A DNA stretch of 64,000 bases from Spirochaetota bacterium (GCA_963664815.2 CAXXHB010000003.1:960001-1024000); one strand, 5' to 3'; positions 39,323-49,795 are shown, counted from the stretch's first letter. A program made the numbers and translations. Notes: generated from the sequence alone by a model not told the origin.

Positions 39323-40390
39323 ATGATAAATAAAGAAGAATTAAGAAGAAAAATAGAATCTGGCGCAAGGATAACTCAGGAAGAGGGAACCGGACTTTTC
39401 AAATGGGATATTGCGGAACTCGGAGTAATGGGTGATCTCCGCAGAAGAATGGCTTATCCGGATGATACCGCCGGTTTTATACTGGACCGGATAATCAATT
39501 ATACAAATATCTGCGAGGCTCAATGCAGTTTCTGTGCCTACCATTCCAGGGCGGGGAGTGTACCCCCATATGATCTTACACTTGATGACATACTGGAAAA
39601 AATAGAACAACTGAAGGGTATCAACGGACTGCAGGTTATGCTTCAGGGTGGATTACACCCTGATGCAAATCTGGATTTTTATATTGATTTGGTTTCAGCT
39701 GTAAAAAAACGTTTTCCCGGAATATATCTTCATTCGTTTTCCCCTTCAGAGATAGTTCATATCTCGGCAAAGAGCGGGTTTTCATATGATGAAATAATTA
39801 AAAGACTGAAGAATGCAGGGCTTGATTCAATACCGGGGGCTTCTGACCTGCTGGTTGAAAGGATAAGAAAAACAGTAAGCCCGAAAAAAAGCACAGTTGA
39901 ACAGTGGTGTAATGTAATGCGGGCCCTTAAAAATAACGGTATGGGATCTACAGCAACAATGACATACGGCATGGGTGAAACGGATGCCGAAAAAATCAGT
40001 CATCTTGATGTAATACGTTCGATACAGGATGAAACCGGGATTATCCGCGCCTTTATTCCATGGTCATTCTCTCCGAAGAATACAGATATGGAACATATCA
40101 CTCCGGCTACAGGAGTTGATTACCTGAAGGTAGTCGCCATTGCGCGTATATACCTTGACAATGTCGTATATATTCAGGCGGGATGGCTGACCGAGGGTCT
40201 TAAGCTCGCTCAGATTGCACTGGCAATGGGTGCAAATGATATGGGCGGAGTGCTGATGGAGGAAGTGGTGGTTAAAGCCACGGGAGTAGAGACATCTACC
40301 GACATGGATGAGCTTATTGAGATAATAAAAAATGCCGGGAAGAAAGCTGTGCTCAGGGATTCCGAGTACAGAATTATTCAGAGATTTTAA
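39323..40390 (+). CDS. mqnC: Cyclic dehypoxanthine futalosine synthase (radical SAM)
   Basis: DRIINYTNICEAQCSFCAY, LQGGLHP, AFIPWSF, GANDMG. Confidence 0.85.
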   Translation: MINKEELRRKIESGARITQEEGTGLFKWDIAELGVMGDLRRRMAYPDDTAGFILDRIINYTNICEAQCSFCAYHSRAGSVPPYDLTLDDILEKIEQLKGINGLQVMLQGGLHPDANLDFYIDLVSAVKKRFPGIYLHSFSPSEIVHISAKSGFSYDEIIKRLKNAGLDSIPGASDLLVERIRKTVSPKKSTVEQWCNVMRALKNNGMGSTATMTYGMGETDAEKISHLDVIRSIQDETGIIRAFIPWSFSPKNTDMEHITPATGVDYLKVVAIARIYLDNVVYIQAGWLTEGLKLAQIALAMGANDMGGVLMEEVVVKATGVETSTDMDELIEIIKNAGKKAVLRDSEYRIIQRF

Positions 40391-40474
40391 CAATTTCCGG
40401 GCACAGCATGTATTTTTAAACAGCAGTATCCACTCTGATAACGGCAGGGTTTTTGCATTTTAAAATATATCATG

Positions 40475-41080
40475 TTACATGAATTCTGCAAGGAAAAAGC
40501 TGTACAGCATGTCTCTGGTTGTTTTAATATTCTCTATTATCTGGTTATCGATTGTATGTGCGGGAGTGTCCGTAACTATTTTGAAAAGGTAGTTTTTTAC
40601 TTTGAATGTTCTGCATGCCTGTACAAAACCTGCACCCTCCATATCCACGAGAGAGGCCAGAAGCCCGGCCTTTTCTCTCTCTTCAGGTGAAACAACTGCA
40701 ACATCCCGTGTTGCAAGGGTAACAACATTATAATTCTGAAGAGTATCCGGTTTAAGAAATCTCGGTTTTGAGCCTACAAGTGTGGGGCGGTCATAATCTA
40801 TCACGGCACCTATATGCAGGATTTCGCCCAGTTCATATTTTTCAGTGGTTGATCCTGCAGCCCCTATGTTGTACATGATTTCAGTATTAAACTTTGTAAT
40901 AAGGTATGTCGCTGCAATGGCCGCGTTTGCTTTGCCAATTCCGGAAAGAACAAGATAGAACGATTTATGCCGGTAGACCGGAAGAGGTTTTTCCTCAACA
41001 GGAGTGAAAAGTCCGGAATCTATGAATGGTGCCGCCTCAATACGGGTTGCCATTATAATGCCGGCTGTCATTTTATTCAT
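40475..41080 (-). CDS. MTA/SAH-type nucleosidase (MqnB/MTAN role in the futalosine pathway)
   Basis: SGIGKANAA, NIGAAG, VDMEG, KIVTD; overlaps mqnD. Confidence 0.75.
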   Translation of the reverse strand: MNKMTAGIIMATRIEAAPFIDSGLFTPVEEKPLPVYRHKSFYLVLSGIGKANAAIAATYLITKFNTEIMYNIGAAGSTTEKYELGEILHIGAVIDYDRPTLVGSKPRFLKPDTLQNYNVVTLATRDVAVVSPEEREKAGLLASLVDMEGAGFVQACRTFKVKNYLFKIVTDTPAHTIDNQIIENIKTTRDMLYSFFLAEFM

Positions 41081-41880
41081 GATATTATCTTTTTCTCCAT
41101 TGCGATTTCCTCAAGTTTCTTCACTGCCCTGTGTCCTGCATCGCCGAGATCAATTGTGAAATCATTCACATAAAGCCTGATGTGGTTTTCTATTACTTCA
41201 TCATCGAGCTCCTGAGAATGAAGCTTTATATATTCCCTTGAAGCGCTTCTGTTATTGAGGGCATACCGGACAGATGATTTTAAGATTGTATCAAGTTCAT
41301 CCTGCTCCTCCCTGGTGAAACATGCATTTTTCACCGTAATGCATCCAAGTGGTATGGGGGAAGAGGTTTCATTTTCCCACCATTCTCCCAGATCAATGAT
41401 TGATCTGAGGCCATAGTTCCGGTATATGAATCTTCCCTCGTGTATTATAAGCCCTGCGTCATATTTTCCCTCTTTAACGTCATCCATGATATAATCAAAT
41501 CTGAGCGGGACAACATGTTTTATATGTGGCTCCCATAACCTGAGAAGCATGTAGGCGGTAGTGTATTCGCCGGGAATGGCAATAGTCATGTCATCGATCT
41601 TTTTTTCTGAGCCGGCAGATACAAGAATGGGACCGCAACCGAAACCGAGTGCCGAGCCTGAATTGAGCAGATTATACCTTCTCTTCAGTTGAAGATAGGC
41701 GTTAAATGAAAGCTTTGTCATATCAAACTTTTCTTCAAAGGCTGATCTGTTCAGGGTTTCAACATCGAGCAGGCTGGGGGTAAACCGGTAGTCGCCTGTA
41801 TCCACAAGGCCGTGAAGCATGGCATGAAAAATAAACGTATCATTAGGGCATGGTGAAAATGCCAGTGTTACAGTTTTCAT
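41077..41880 (-). CDS. mqnD: 1,4-dihydroxy-6-naphthoate synthase
   Basis: FSPCPNDTFIF, GSALGFGCGP, IIHEGRF, HIRLYVN. Confidence 0.92.
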   Translation of the reverse strand: MKTVTLAFSPCPNDTFIFHAMLHGLVDTGDYRFTPSLLDVETLNRSAFEEKFDMTKLSFNAYLQLKRRYNLLNSGSALGFGCGPILVSAGSEKKIDDMTIAIPGEYTTAYMLLRLWEPHIKHVVPLRFDYIMDDVKEGKYDAGLIIHEGRFIYRNYGLRSIIDLGEWWENETSSPIPLGCITVKNACFTREEQDELDTILKSSVRYALNNRSASREYIKLHSQELDDEVIENHIRLYVNDFTIDLGDAGHRAVKKLEEIAMEKKIIS

Positions 41881-42186
41881 TGTTTTCCTTTATCTTTAAT
41901 TATGCTGAGTCATTAATTATCAGTGTATTATTTTTAAAAATATACATCAGATTCAGACAATATATTTATCAGTAAAAAAATTCAATGTTAATTTTCTGGC
42001 ATTGAATTTTTGTGTAAAATAAACAAATATATATTTCCGGCTCATTTTAATCGTGGAGAATTGAATATTTGGAGAATGTAATATTTTCCATTGTAAAAAG
42101 CTGAGAAATTATTATTGGAAAAAAAATTGATAATCACGGCATTAATATTATTATATTAAGTATGGACATGTGGAGGTTTGTTTTTT

Positions 42187-42612
42187 ATGCATAACGGTAT
42201 AAGTTTCGAAAATCAGGATGATGATCTTGCAATTGTTAAAAATGGCGAAACAATTCTTTCTGCTTATTCTTTATATTCCATAGTATTTGATCTTTTAACA
42301 GTCGATTGCTTTCTGCCGGAAGGGTGGACTCCGATCAGACAGAAATTTGATAAAATAAAAAAAACCTATGAGATATCAATAGGAGCTGAATCTGAAAAGC
42401 AGATGACCAGGGAGATAATATCTGATGAGACATATATTCATGAACTCCGGGAGGGGGAATATTTTCTTGAGAGTGTCATTGATCCAAACAGGTTTATTAC
42501 AATCCTGAAAAATAAACTTGTATTTCTCGGATTAAGCGAAAAAGAGGATTTTGTGATTGAATACAACAAAAGGTTCGGGCGCATCTCTGTAATATTCAAG
42601 GGGTGCGATTGA
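42187..42612 (+). CDS. Hypothetical protein
   Basis: GGAGG RBS; ~141-aa ORF with protein-like composition in an otherwise empty gap. Confidence 0.6.
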   Translation: MHNGISFENQDDDLAIVKNGETILSAYSLYSIVFDLLTVDCFLPEGWTPIRQKFDKIKKTYEISIGAESEKQMTREIISDETYIHELREGEYFLESVIDPNRFITILKNKLVFLGLSEKEDFVIEYNKRFGRISVIFKGCD

Positions 42613-42707
42613 AAAATGTATACAGTTTCAATAGAGGATATATAAATCCTTTTCCGGACAGAAATTTGCCGGTTAAATCATCTTCGGATCACAGAATTTT
42701 TAATGAT

Positions 42708-45700
42708 TCAGAAAATATCTGCCACAACTATAGTCAGGTCATCATCGAAAAAACCATTGTTTCCGGACCATGCTGCAAGATGGGTTTCAACTTCCTGCGT
42801 AAATAATTCAGCGCTTTTACCGGCATTGTTCTTTATAAATTCATGAAACCTTTCATCTCCGAAGTACTCTCCTGAAATATTCCGTGTTTCAGTGACGCAG
42901 TCTGTGTAGAGTATAATCCTGTCACCCGGCTCAATATCAATCTCTTTCATTTCACAGTCTGTTACAGGGAATATACCGAGTATTTTCCCTTTGCTCTTTA
43001 TTGTTGTTACCCTGCCTGTATTTTTCTTCAGCAGAATAAGCGGGCTGTGCCCGGCGTTTGAGTGGAGCAGTTTCATCCGGTCAAGGTCTATATATATGTA
43101 ACTGGCAGCGACAAAGTGGGTTTCACATTTTCCGTATATGGCGGTATGTATATTCATAAGAAGCTTGTCCGGCTGATCGTAAAACCGGCTCTGCATGTAG
43201 AATGCAATTTTAACCATGGAAGAGATCAGCGAAGCCGGAATTCCATGTCCCGACACATCAGCAACAAGTATTCCGATTTTTCTGCTGTCAGTATAATGGA
43301 AATCATAAAAATCGCCCCCTATCAGATCCATGGGTTTATATAATGCCCGGATATCAAGACCGGGGAGCTCCGGAAGTTTTTCAGGCAGAATTGAATACTG
43401 GATTCTTCTGGCAATTTCAAGTTCCCTGTTGAGACTTTCAAGTCTGTCCTGTTTGCTCACCGCTTCTTTTAATGTAAGAAGCATATCAACCCGGGCAATG
43501 AGTTCTCTCCGGTCGAAGGGTTTTGTCAGGTAGTCGTTCGCTCCCGCTTCAAAACCTGCAACAATATCCCGTATCTGGTTTTTCGCTGTCAGGAGCAGGA
43601 TCGGAAGCTGGTATAGCGAATATCTTTCCCTGATTATACCGCATACATGATATCCCGTCATCCTCGGCATCATTACATCGAGGATAATAAGATCCGGAAC
43701 CTTGCCGTTATGTATTGTGTTGATTGCATCCATTCCGTTTTCTGCGGTTATAATACTATAACCTTCAAGACCGAGCTGGTTGACAAGCACCTGGACATTC
43801 ACCGGTTCATCATCAACAATCATTATTGTGGCATCGGTAGAAGCTCTGTGCTTCGCGGATTTATCATGAGCGGAGACTGTTTCGCTTTCTTTAATGATAA
43901 ATCCGGTGGATCTGTAAGAGTAGTCAAGGTATGATTTCGGTTCATCGGGTATGCTGTTATACGTGTTTTTACCGACTGTAGGGATGGTGAAGCTGAATAC
44001 GGAGCCGTTACCTTTTTTTGATCTTACTTTTATATTTCCGCCGTGAAGTTCTACCAGGCTTTTCGTTATGGCCAGGCCAAGTCCTGCACCTCCGTAGCTT
44101 CTTGCATCGGCGGAGTCCACCTGTTTGAAGTATTCAAATATTTCATCAAACTTTTCTTCCGGGATTCCTATGCCTGTATCTGTTATGGATATTACCATTT
44201 CGGATTCAGACAGGGATGCCGTAACAGTGATTGACCCGGCATCTGTAAACTTCACAGCGTTACCCATCAGGTTATACATGATCTGCTGAATCCTGTTTTC
44301 ATCTGCGAATACAGGGGGCATATCGACATTAATATTGTTATATATTCTGACCTTTTTTACACCGATAACCGGAATAAGCAGTGTGGAAACTATCTCTGTT
44401 ATCTGCCTCATGTCAACCGGTTTTCTGTGCAGTATTATGTCGTTGTTTTTCATTTTGGAAAAATCGAGAATATCATTAACCAGATGTGTAAGCCTCATTC
44501 CACTGTGAACTATCATCTGGAGATTGGATCTCTGGCTGTCGCTTACACTCCCGGCAGCGCCGTCAATAAGAGATTCCGCAATTCCTATAATTCCGGTCAG
44601 CGGTGTTTTCAGTTCATGTGATGTGTTGGCAAGAAATTCATCTTTAAGCCTGTTGGCTTTTTTAAGTTCCTCATTGGCTGATGTTATCTCTGCATGCGCG
44701 TTTTTAAGATTTGCAACCATACTGTTAAATGTTTCGGCCAGAATCCCGAATTCGTCGGTTCTGTTTACCCTGATGACGCAATCCATGTTCCCGCGGCTTA
44801 CTTCTGCAGCGCCTGCAGTAAGCTTTCGTATGGGGATTATTATGTACTCGGCCAGTATAATAGTTATGAATATTGTGGTAATAAAAGCAAGAAGGCATAC
44901 AATAAGGGATATTGTAACCATCGATTTTTTAAAATCTGAAATCTCCTTCCTGAAAAGCTCTATTACAACCAGACCATTGGCTACTCCTTTACTGTCTGTT
45001 ATTACGCCGTATACAGTTGATGTGTTTTCTCCGTAAATGCTTGTCTGTGTGTCTCTTTTGACAATGGTGTTTCTCTGGCCGTCAATAATCTTTTTACAGT
45101 GTTCAACAACATCCCTTGATTCCGCGTAGAGTTCACCAGGCATACTCTGGGATTCATTTCTGGCGGTAAATGAACAGTAGAGCTGAAACGGTTTATTGCC
45201 GATAAAGATTTCCGAATAAAGCTCACGGTTGCTGAAATTGAGTTTTTTACCGGAGGCTTCAAGCGTAAGAGGAGCTCTGGAAATAACCCGCACCAGTTCT
45301 TTTTCTCCCAGATAAAGGATGCCGTTATCGCTGATTTTTAAAGGAATGATTTCATTACCGGCGCGGATGTTAAAATCTTTTGTATATATTGTTTCGTTAT
45401 ATTTGATTCTGATCTCGTTATCTTTTCCTATTGAAAGGGCGAGCCCGAATAACTCGGTGGTAATCCATACAGTGTCGGTTGTCATAATATCGGAATCGAT
45501 TATGTATGTAAGTCTGTCATTTTTTCTGTCGTAATTTATTGTAAAGAGATAGGTTATATAGTTTTCATGTTGTTTAATTTTATTAAGATAGTCCAGATAT
45601 CTCCGGTATTCACTGTCTTTATTTGACTTAATGGAGTTGAGCGATTTATGCTTATCTCCGTCGATCGAGAGAGCGATGGAACGCGCCAGGGACTGCTTGC

Positions 45701-45827
45701 TGTCTATGAATGATTTGTAGTATAATTCCCCGGCATATTTGTAAAGTGCTGCCCCAAGTGATAAAGCAATTATCAGGTCGGTGATTATTGAATAGAGAAT
45801 AATCTTTTTCTTCAGGTTTATCTTCAT
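42708..45827 (-). CDS. Hybrid sensor: periplasmic domain-HAMP-HisKA-HATPase-REC-PP2C (SpoIIE)
   Basis: TSHELKTPL, NLMGNAVKF, GAGLGL, DVMMP, GGDFYD, DVSGHG, DDLT. Confidence 0.92.
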   Translation of the reverse strand: MKINLKKKIILYSIITDLIIALSLGAALYKYAGELYYKSFIDSKQSLARSIALSIDGDKHKSLNSIKSNKDSEYRRYLDYLNKIKQHENYITYLFTINYDRKNDRLTYIIDSDIMTTDTVWITTELFGLALSIGKDNEIRIKYNETIYTKDFNIRAGNEIIPLKISDNGILYLGEKELVRVISRAPLTLEASGKKLNFSNRELYSEIFIGNKPFQLYCSFTARNESQSMPGELYAESRDVVEHCKKIIDGQRNTIVKRDTQTSIYGENTSTVYGVITDSKGVANGLVVIELFRKEISDFKKSMVTISLIVCLLAFITTIFITIILAEYIIIPIRKLTAGAAEVSRGNMDCVIRVNRTDEFGILAETFNSMVANLKNAHAEITSANEELKKANRLKDEFLANTSHELKTPLTGIIGIAESLIDGAAGSVSDSQRSNLQMIVHSGMRLTHLVNDILDFSKMKNNDIILHRKPVDMRQITEIVSTLLIPVIGVKKVRIYNNINVDMPPVFADENRIQQIMYNLMGNAVKFTDAGSITVTASLSESEMVISITDTGIGIPEEKFDEIFEYFKQVDSADARSYGGAGLGLAITKSLVELHGGNIKVRSKKGNGSVFSFTIPTVGKNTYNSIPDEPKSYLDYSYRSTGFIIKESETVSAHDKSAKHRASTDATIMIVDDEPVNVQVLVNQLGLEGYSIITAENGMDAINTIHNGKVPDLIILDVMMPRMTGYHVCGIIRERYSLYQLPILLLTAKNQIRDIVAGFEAGANDYLTKPFDRRELIARVDMLLTLKEAVSKQDRLESLNRELEIARRIQYSILPEKLPELPGLDIRALYKPMDLIGGDFYDFHYTDSRKIGILVADVSGHGIPASLISSMVKIAFYMQSRFYDQPDKLLMNIHTAIYGKCETHFVAASYIYIDLDRMKLLHSNAGHSPLILLKKNTGRVTTIKSKGKILGIFPVTDCEMKEIDIEPGDRIILYTDCVTETRNISGEYFGDERFHEFIKNNAGKSAELFTQEVETHLAAWSGNNGFFDDDLTIVVADIF

Positions 45828-45984
45828 ATAGAATATAAAACTCCGGTTTTTTATAACAAAATGGATTCAGGGATTACTTTATTGGATGTAGTGCGCTAAA
45901 TATAAACATGTCAATATAAAAATGAATATGGCTTCAGATTATGTTTTTTTAAACAGAAAAGCCATGTATCATGTATATTGAAAG

Positions 45985-46010
45985 AAAAACCCCCCTGTTG
46001 AAGGGAGGTC
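45985..46010 (-). terminator. Probable terminator after the enoyl-CoA hydratase gene
   Basis: Minus strand ACCTCCCT-loop-AGGGGGGT followed by TTTT. Confidence 0.55.
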
Positions 46011-46064
46011 TGAAGAAAAATATTAATTTAAATATAAAATTAATAAAGTGGAATTATATATGCA

Positions 46065-46883
46065 TCATGTACCTGAAAAAACAGGTTTCTTTCTCTGTGA
46101 AAATGACTGGAATGCTTCAATAAGATCATTTGAGGGAATTATGTAGTTGCTGACGGCGGCATTGAATTTAAGAGAGTCGTCTATTGTTTTACCAATGCCG
46201 TATTTTAATACGAATTTTGACGCCTGGACCGCAAGAGGTGAATTGGCTGCAATCTCCTCTGCCATTTTTTGCGCTCCGGCAAGAAGTTCATCGTAGTTTT
46301 CATATACTTTATTTACGAGGTTTATCTCTTTAGCCCGCGATGCATCAATGTCTTCCGCAGTAAATGCAAGTTCTCTTGCAACCCCCTGGCCGACAATGTG
46401 CGGTATCCTCTGCAAAACCCCGACATCTGCAACAAAACCGATTGCCGCTTCCCTGAGAGAGAATACCGAGTCTTTCGTGCATAGTCTTATATCGCAGGCG
46501 GTAACCATATCAAGGCCTCCGCCGATGCAGTAGGAGTGAATTGCTGCGATTACAGGTTTTCTGCATTTTTCCATGGCGGAAATTCCTTCCTGAAGCATAA
46601 GAATCTTCTCGTAGAATTTTCTTTTTATCCCGCCGTACTGCTGCTTTTCAAGCAGTTCGCTGAATACCGGAACCATTGCCGTGAGGTCAATTCCGGCGGA
46701 GAAACATGAACCTTTACCCGCCATAACGATTACACGCACTTCATCATCTTCATCCAGCTCTTTGAACAGCGGAACTGTCTCTGTCCATGCCGGGGGATTC
46801 ATGCTGTTCTTCTTTTCAGGCCTGTTGAGCCATACCCACGCGATGTGCCCCTTCTTCTCTACTGAATAAAACTCATAATTCAT
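46065..46883 (-). CDS. Crotonase/enoyl-CoA hydratase family (dienoyl-CoA isomerase-like)
   Basis: LNRPEKKN, FSAGIDL, CIGGGLD, ADVGVLQR. Confidence 0.9.
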   Translation of the reverse strand: MNYEFYSVEKKGHIAWVWLNRPEKKNSMNPPAWTETVPLFKELDEDDEVRVIVMAGKGSCFSAGIDLTAMVPVFSELLEKQQYGGIKRKFYEKILMLQEGISAMEKCRKPVIAAIHSYCIGGGLDMVTACDIRLCTKDSVFSLREAAIGFVADVGVLQRIPHIVGQGVARELAFTAEDIDASRAKEINLVNKVYENYDELLAGAQKMAEEIAANSPLAVQASKFVLKYGIGKTIDDSLKFNAAVSNYIIPSNDLIEAFQSFSQRKKPVFSGT

Positions 46884-46904
46884 ATTCTTCTCTCCTTTAA
46901 TCTG

Positions 46905-47450
46905 CTAATCTGCTTTCTCTACTGTCTCCTTGATATGAGGCGCCAGCATAATACTCTGGATTATCACGAAGAGTATCATGCATCCGAGTATACCAAAAAG
47001 CTTGAAGTTTACCCATATATTTGTACTGAAATGGTAAGCGACGTAAAGGTTGAGTGCCCCGACTACGGCAAAAAATACGGCCCAGGAATTGTTAAGTCTT
47101 TCCCATACATGGAGCGGGACATCTATCTGCTTCTGAAGCATTGCCTGTATAAAGTTTTTATTAAAACCATACCTGCCGACAATGAGTATCACTGCAAATA
47201 TCCAGTAAAGAACAGTCGGTTTCCATTTGATAAAGAGCTCGTTGTGAACCAGGAGCGTGGCGCCTCCGAAAACAATGATAACAACAAGGCTTATAATCAT
47301 AGGCTTCTCGACCTTTCTGTTTTTAAACCAGGTGTATGTTATCTGAAGAATGCTGGCCGCAATGGCGACAGATGTTGCAACATATATCCCCTTGAATTTA
47401 TATGCCGCAAAAAAAAGGATGATGGGAAACATTTCGAAAAGGAATTTCAT
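46905..47450 (-). CDS. yciB: Inner membrane-spanning protein YciB (septation protein A)
   Basis: FPIILFF, GIYVAT, FIKWKPT, WVNFKLFG. Confidence 0.9.
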   Translation of the reverse strand: MKFLFEMFPIILFFAAYKFKGIYVATSVAIAASILQITYTWFKNRKVEKPMIISLVVIIVFGGATLLVHNELFIKWKPTVLYWIFAVILIVGRYGFNKNFIQAMLQKQIDVPLHVWERLNNSWAVFFAVVGALNLYVAYHFSTNIWVNFKLFGILGCMILFVIIQSIMLAPHIKETVEKAD

Positions 47451-47704
47451 TATTACTCCGGTAATTATAATAAAAGTTGAAGCTGCAGGATTACCTGCAG
47501 TCTGGTTAAGAATTAATAGTAAACCGCAAAATGCAAGAAAGATTTATGGGGGAAATGTGTTTTTTAAATATGGAAATCATTCAAATTACATGGCATATTA
47601 TTTGTTAAAGCAGACTTTGTTTTTTAACATTGACTGATAAATAAACATCATATTTATTAGAGAAAATTGTATATTTTTAATTAAGATGAAACGGGTATTT
47701 TATT

Positions 47705-48685
47705 ATGGAACCGGTATTTACACGCAGGTATAAAATAAATCTGCTTTTTTCGCTTATAATTTCTTTTACGGCGGCATTGATTGCTGTGTATTCCGTCCCG
47801 TTTCTGCAGCGCGGCTTTTTTCCCGGAACACCTGAAATTCAGGGTATAGCAGCGGCAGCAGTTTTCATGGGGCTTCATATTTTTATAACAGGAAAGTACA
47901 GAAGAAGAAAAAAGACAGCGGCAAGGCCTTTCCCGGATGAGTGGAGGGAAATACTGTCAGAGATGGTTCTGTTTTATAAAATGCTGGATGAAGATGATAA
48001 ATACTATTTTGAAAAAAGAATACAGATATTCCTTTCGGAGAAGATAATTACCGGAATAGAAACTGAGATTGATGACAGAACAAGGCTTCTTGTCGCATCC
48101 GCTGCAATTATCCCTGTTTTTAAAATTGAAGACTGGGAATACGATACACTCGGAGAGATACTTGTCTACCCGGACAGGTTTGATGAAGAGTATAATTTTA
48201 AATCCGGAGAAAGGGATGTGCTGGGGATGGTAGTGCAGAATACATCATCTCTGATAATTTCGAAGAAAGAGCTGTTCCGAGGGTTCAGGTCGATGGATGG
48301 CGAGAATGCGGCCATCCATGAATTCATTCATAAAATGGATGAAGAGGATGGTATAATAGACGGGCTTCCGGTGCTTATGCTGAATAAAGATGAACTTTCT
48401 CAGTGGAAGAAGATCAGGGCTGCAGAGATGGAGAAGCTTGAAAAGGGGAAATCTGATCTCGATCCATACGCGCTTACGGGTGAAACCGAATTTCTTGCAG
48501 TGGCCGGAGAGTACTTTTTCGGACATCCTGAGAAGATGAAAGAAAGAAACCCGGAACTCTATAATATTTTAAAAACAATTTTCAGGCAGGATACTGCCTC
48601 GCTGATAAAAGCCGAGGCGCTTCGTTTATTCAGAAAAAGGGGAAAAAGAGAAAAGAATGTGAAGCAGGGAAAATTTAATACATGA
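47705..48685 (+). CDS. Zinc-dependent peptidase, MtfA/M90 family, with N-terminal TMs
   Basis: EILVYP, IHEFIHKMD, DPYALT, EFLAVAGEYFF. Confidence 0.85.
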   Translation: MEPVFTRRYKINLLFSLIISFTAALIAVYSVPFLQRGFFPGTPEIQGIAAAAVFMGLHIFITGKYRRRKKTAARPFPDEWREILSEMVLFYKMLDEDDKYYFEKRIQIFLSEKIITGIETEIDDRTRLLVASAAIIPVFKIEDWEYDTLGEILVYPDRFDEEYNFKSGERDVLGMVVQNTSSLIISKKELFRGFRSMDGENAAIHEFIHKMDEEDGIIDGLPVLMLNKDELSQWKKIRAAEMEKLEKGKSDLDPYALTGETEFLAVAGEYFFGHPEKMKERNPELYNILKTIFRQDTASLIKAEALRLFRKRGKREKNVKQGKFNT

Positions 48686-48713
48686 GATAAGCAAAAGGGG
48701 GAAGGTACTGCTT

Positions 48714-49187
48714 TTAATTTTCAATAATATCAGCGGGATTGAACCTGCGCAGAAGCAAAAGGGAAATATAATAAATAATCAAAAAAACGGGAATCGAGAT
48801 TATTATCCAGGCGAAAAGACCCTGAAGGTTGGCAACCCATAAAATTCTAAGAGCGTTGATAAATCCGGATTCAAACAGCCTTAAAATATCTTTAATAGTA
48901 AACCCGGATGATGTCAGCCCCAGTATTTTTTCACCTGCCTTGATAAACGGGACATAGAGAATAAGCTGCAGCGGGTATGCAGTATAGTTCATAAGCTGTA
49001 TGGAAACCATATTCAGCCTGAGAACGACGGCAAGAATTGCACATATTGCCGTAGAAACGCCTATGAATGGAATTATGCCGATAACAAACCCGGTTGCGAT
49101 AGAGAGCGCAAGCATCTCCGGCGAGACCCCCTGTTTCAGAAGGTCAATAAACGGCAGAATAATTTTATTTTTAAGGAGGTTAAACAT
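48714..49187 (-). CDS. DUF2062-family membrane protein
   Basis: QGVSPEMLALSIATGFVIGIIP, YPLQL. Confidence 0.75.
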   Translation of the reverse strand: MFNLLKNKIILPFIDLLKQGVSPEMLALSIATGFVIGIIPFIGVSTAICAILAVVLRLNMVSIQLMNYTAYPLQLILYVPFIKAGEKILGLTSSGFTIKDILRLFESGFINALRILWVANLQGLFAWIIISIPVFLIIYYISLLLLRRFNPADIIEN

Positions 49188-49396
49188 AATAATGCATGAC
49201 GGCCCTGTAATAGTATTCCGGCAACAGTTACGGATCAATGGATTTTGTATACCAGATTTCTTCAATATATAATATTAAAATGATATTAAATACAATTAAA
49301 TACATTTTTGTCAATATTAAAACAGCCCGGAGGTGACATAGCATCGGCGGCAGGAGTGCGGGAGCATCAGGAAAAAAAGTTGACTTAAAATATATG

Positions 49397-49430
49397 TTTC
49401 AATAATTTGATAATTATCAAATTATTGAAA
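49397..49430. promoter_or_regulatory. Perfect 34-bp palindrome, probable ArsR autoregulatory operator
   Basis: TTTCAATAATTTGATAA/TTATCAAATTATTGAAA immediately before the arsR start and after a TTGACT -35. Confidence 0.7.
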
Positions 49431-49439
49431 GCGGGAAGT

Positions 49440-49763
49440 ATGAAGAAAAACACCAGGAAGCCTGTTGATGTGAAAAGGATGACCAGAATATTCAAGGCTC
49501 TCTCCAACGAGAACAGGCTTGAGCTTTTCCTGGAGATAATGAAAATAAACGAGGCATGCTTTGAAGCTGAATGTACCGAATGTTTTATAACGGATATAAT
49601 GGATACTCTCAGTATCGGGGCACCAACTGTTTCCCACCACATGAAAGAGCTTACCGGTGCAGGGCTTGTTGTAACAGAGAGAAGGGGGAAGTTTCTCACC
49701 GCGAAAATTAACGATGAAATTATAAGCGAACTTGCAGACATTTTTATCAGAGAGAAGTCATGA
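49440..49763 (+). CDS. ArsR/SmtB-family transcriptional regulator
   Basis: FKALSNENRL, PTVSHHMKEL...AGLV; Cys cluster CFEAECTEC. Confidence 0.9.
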   Translation: MKKNTRKPVDVKRMTRIFKALSNENRLELFLEIMKINEACFEAECTECFITDIMDTLSIGAPTVSHHMKELTGAGLVVTERRGKFLTAKINDEIISELADIFIREKS

Positions 49764-49779
49764 TTTTTTTATGCAATTA

Positions 49780-49795
49780 TTCGATAATTGTCAAA
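49780..49795. promoter_or_regulatory. Second, degenerate copy of the operator core before the nitroreductase gene
   Basis: TTCGATAATTGTCAAA versus core TTTGATAATTATCAAA (2 mismatches). Confidence 0.55.

Noticed and set aside
46935-47480. 181-aa plus-strand ORF
   Set aside because: Antisense to the well-supported yciB
47591-47606. TGGCAT-N5-TTGT as a sigma54 promoter before the mtfA-like gene
   Set aside because: The conserved -12 GC is missing
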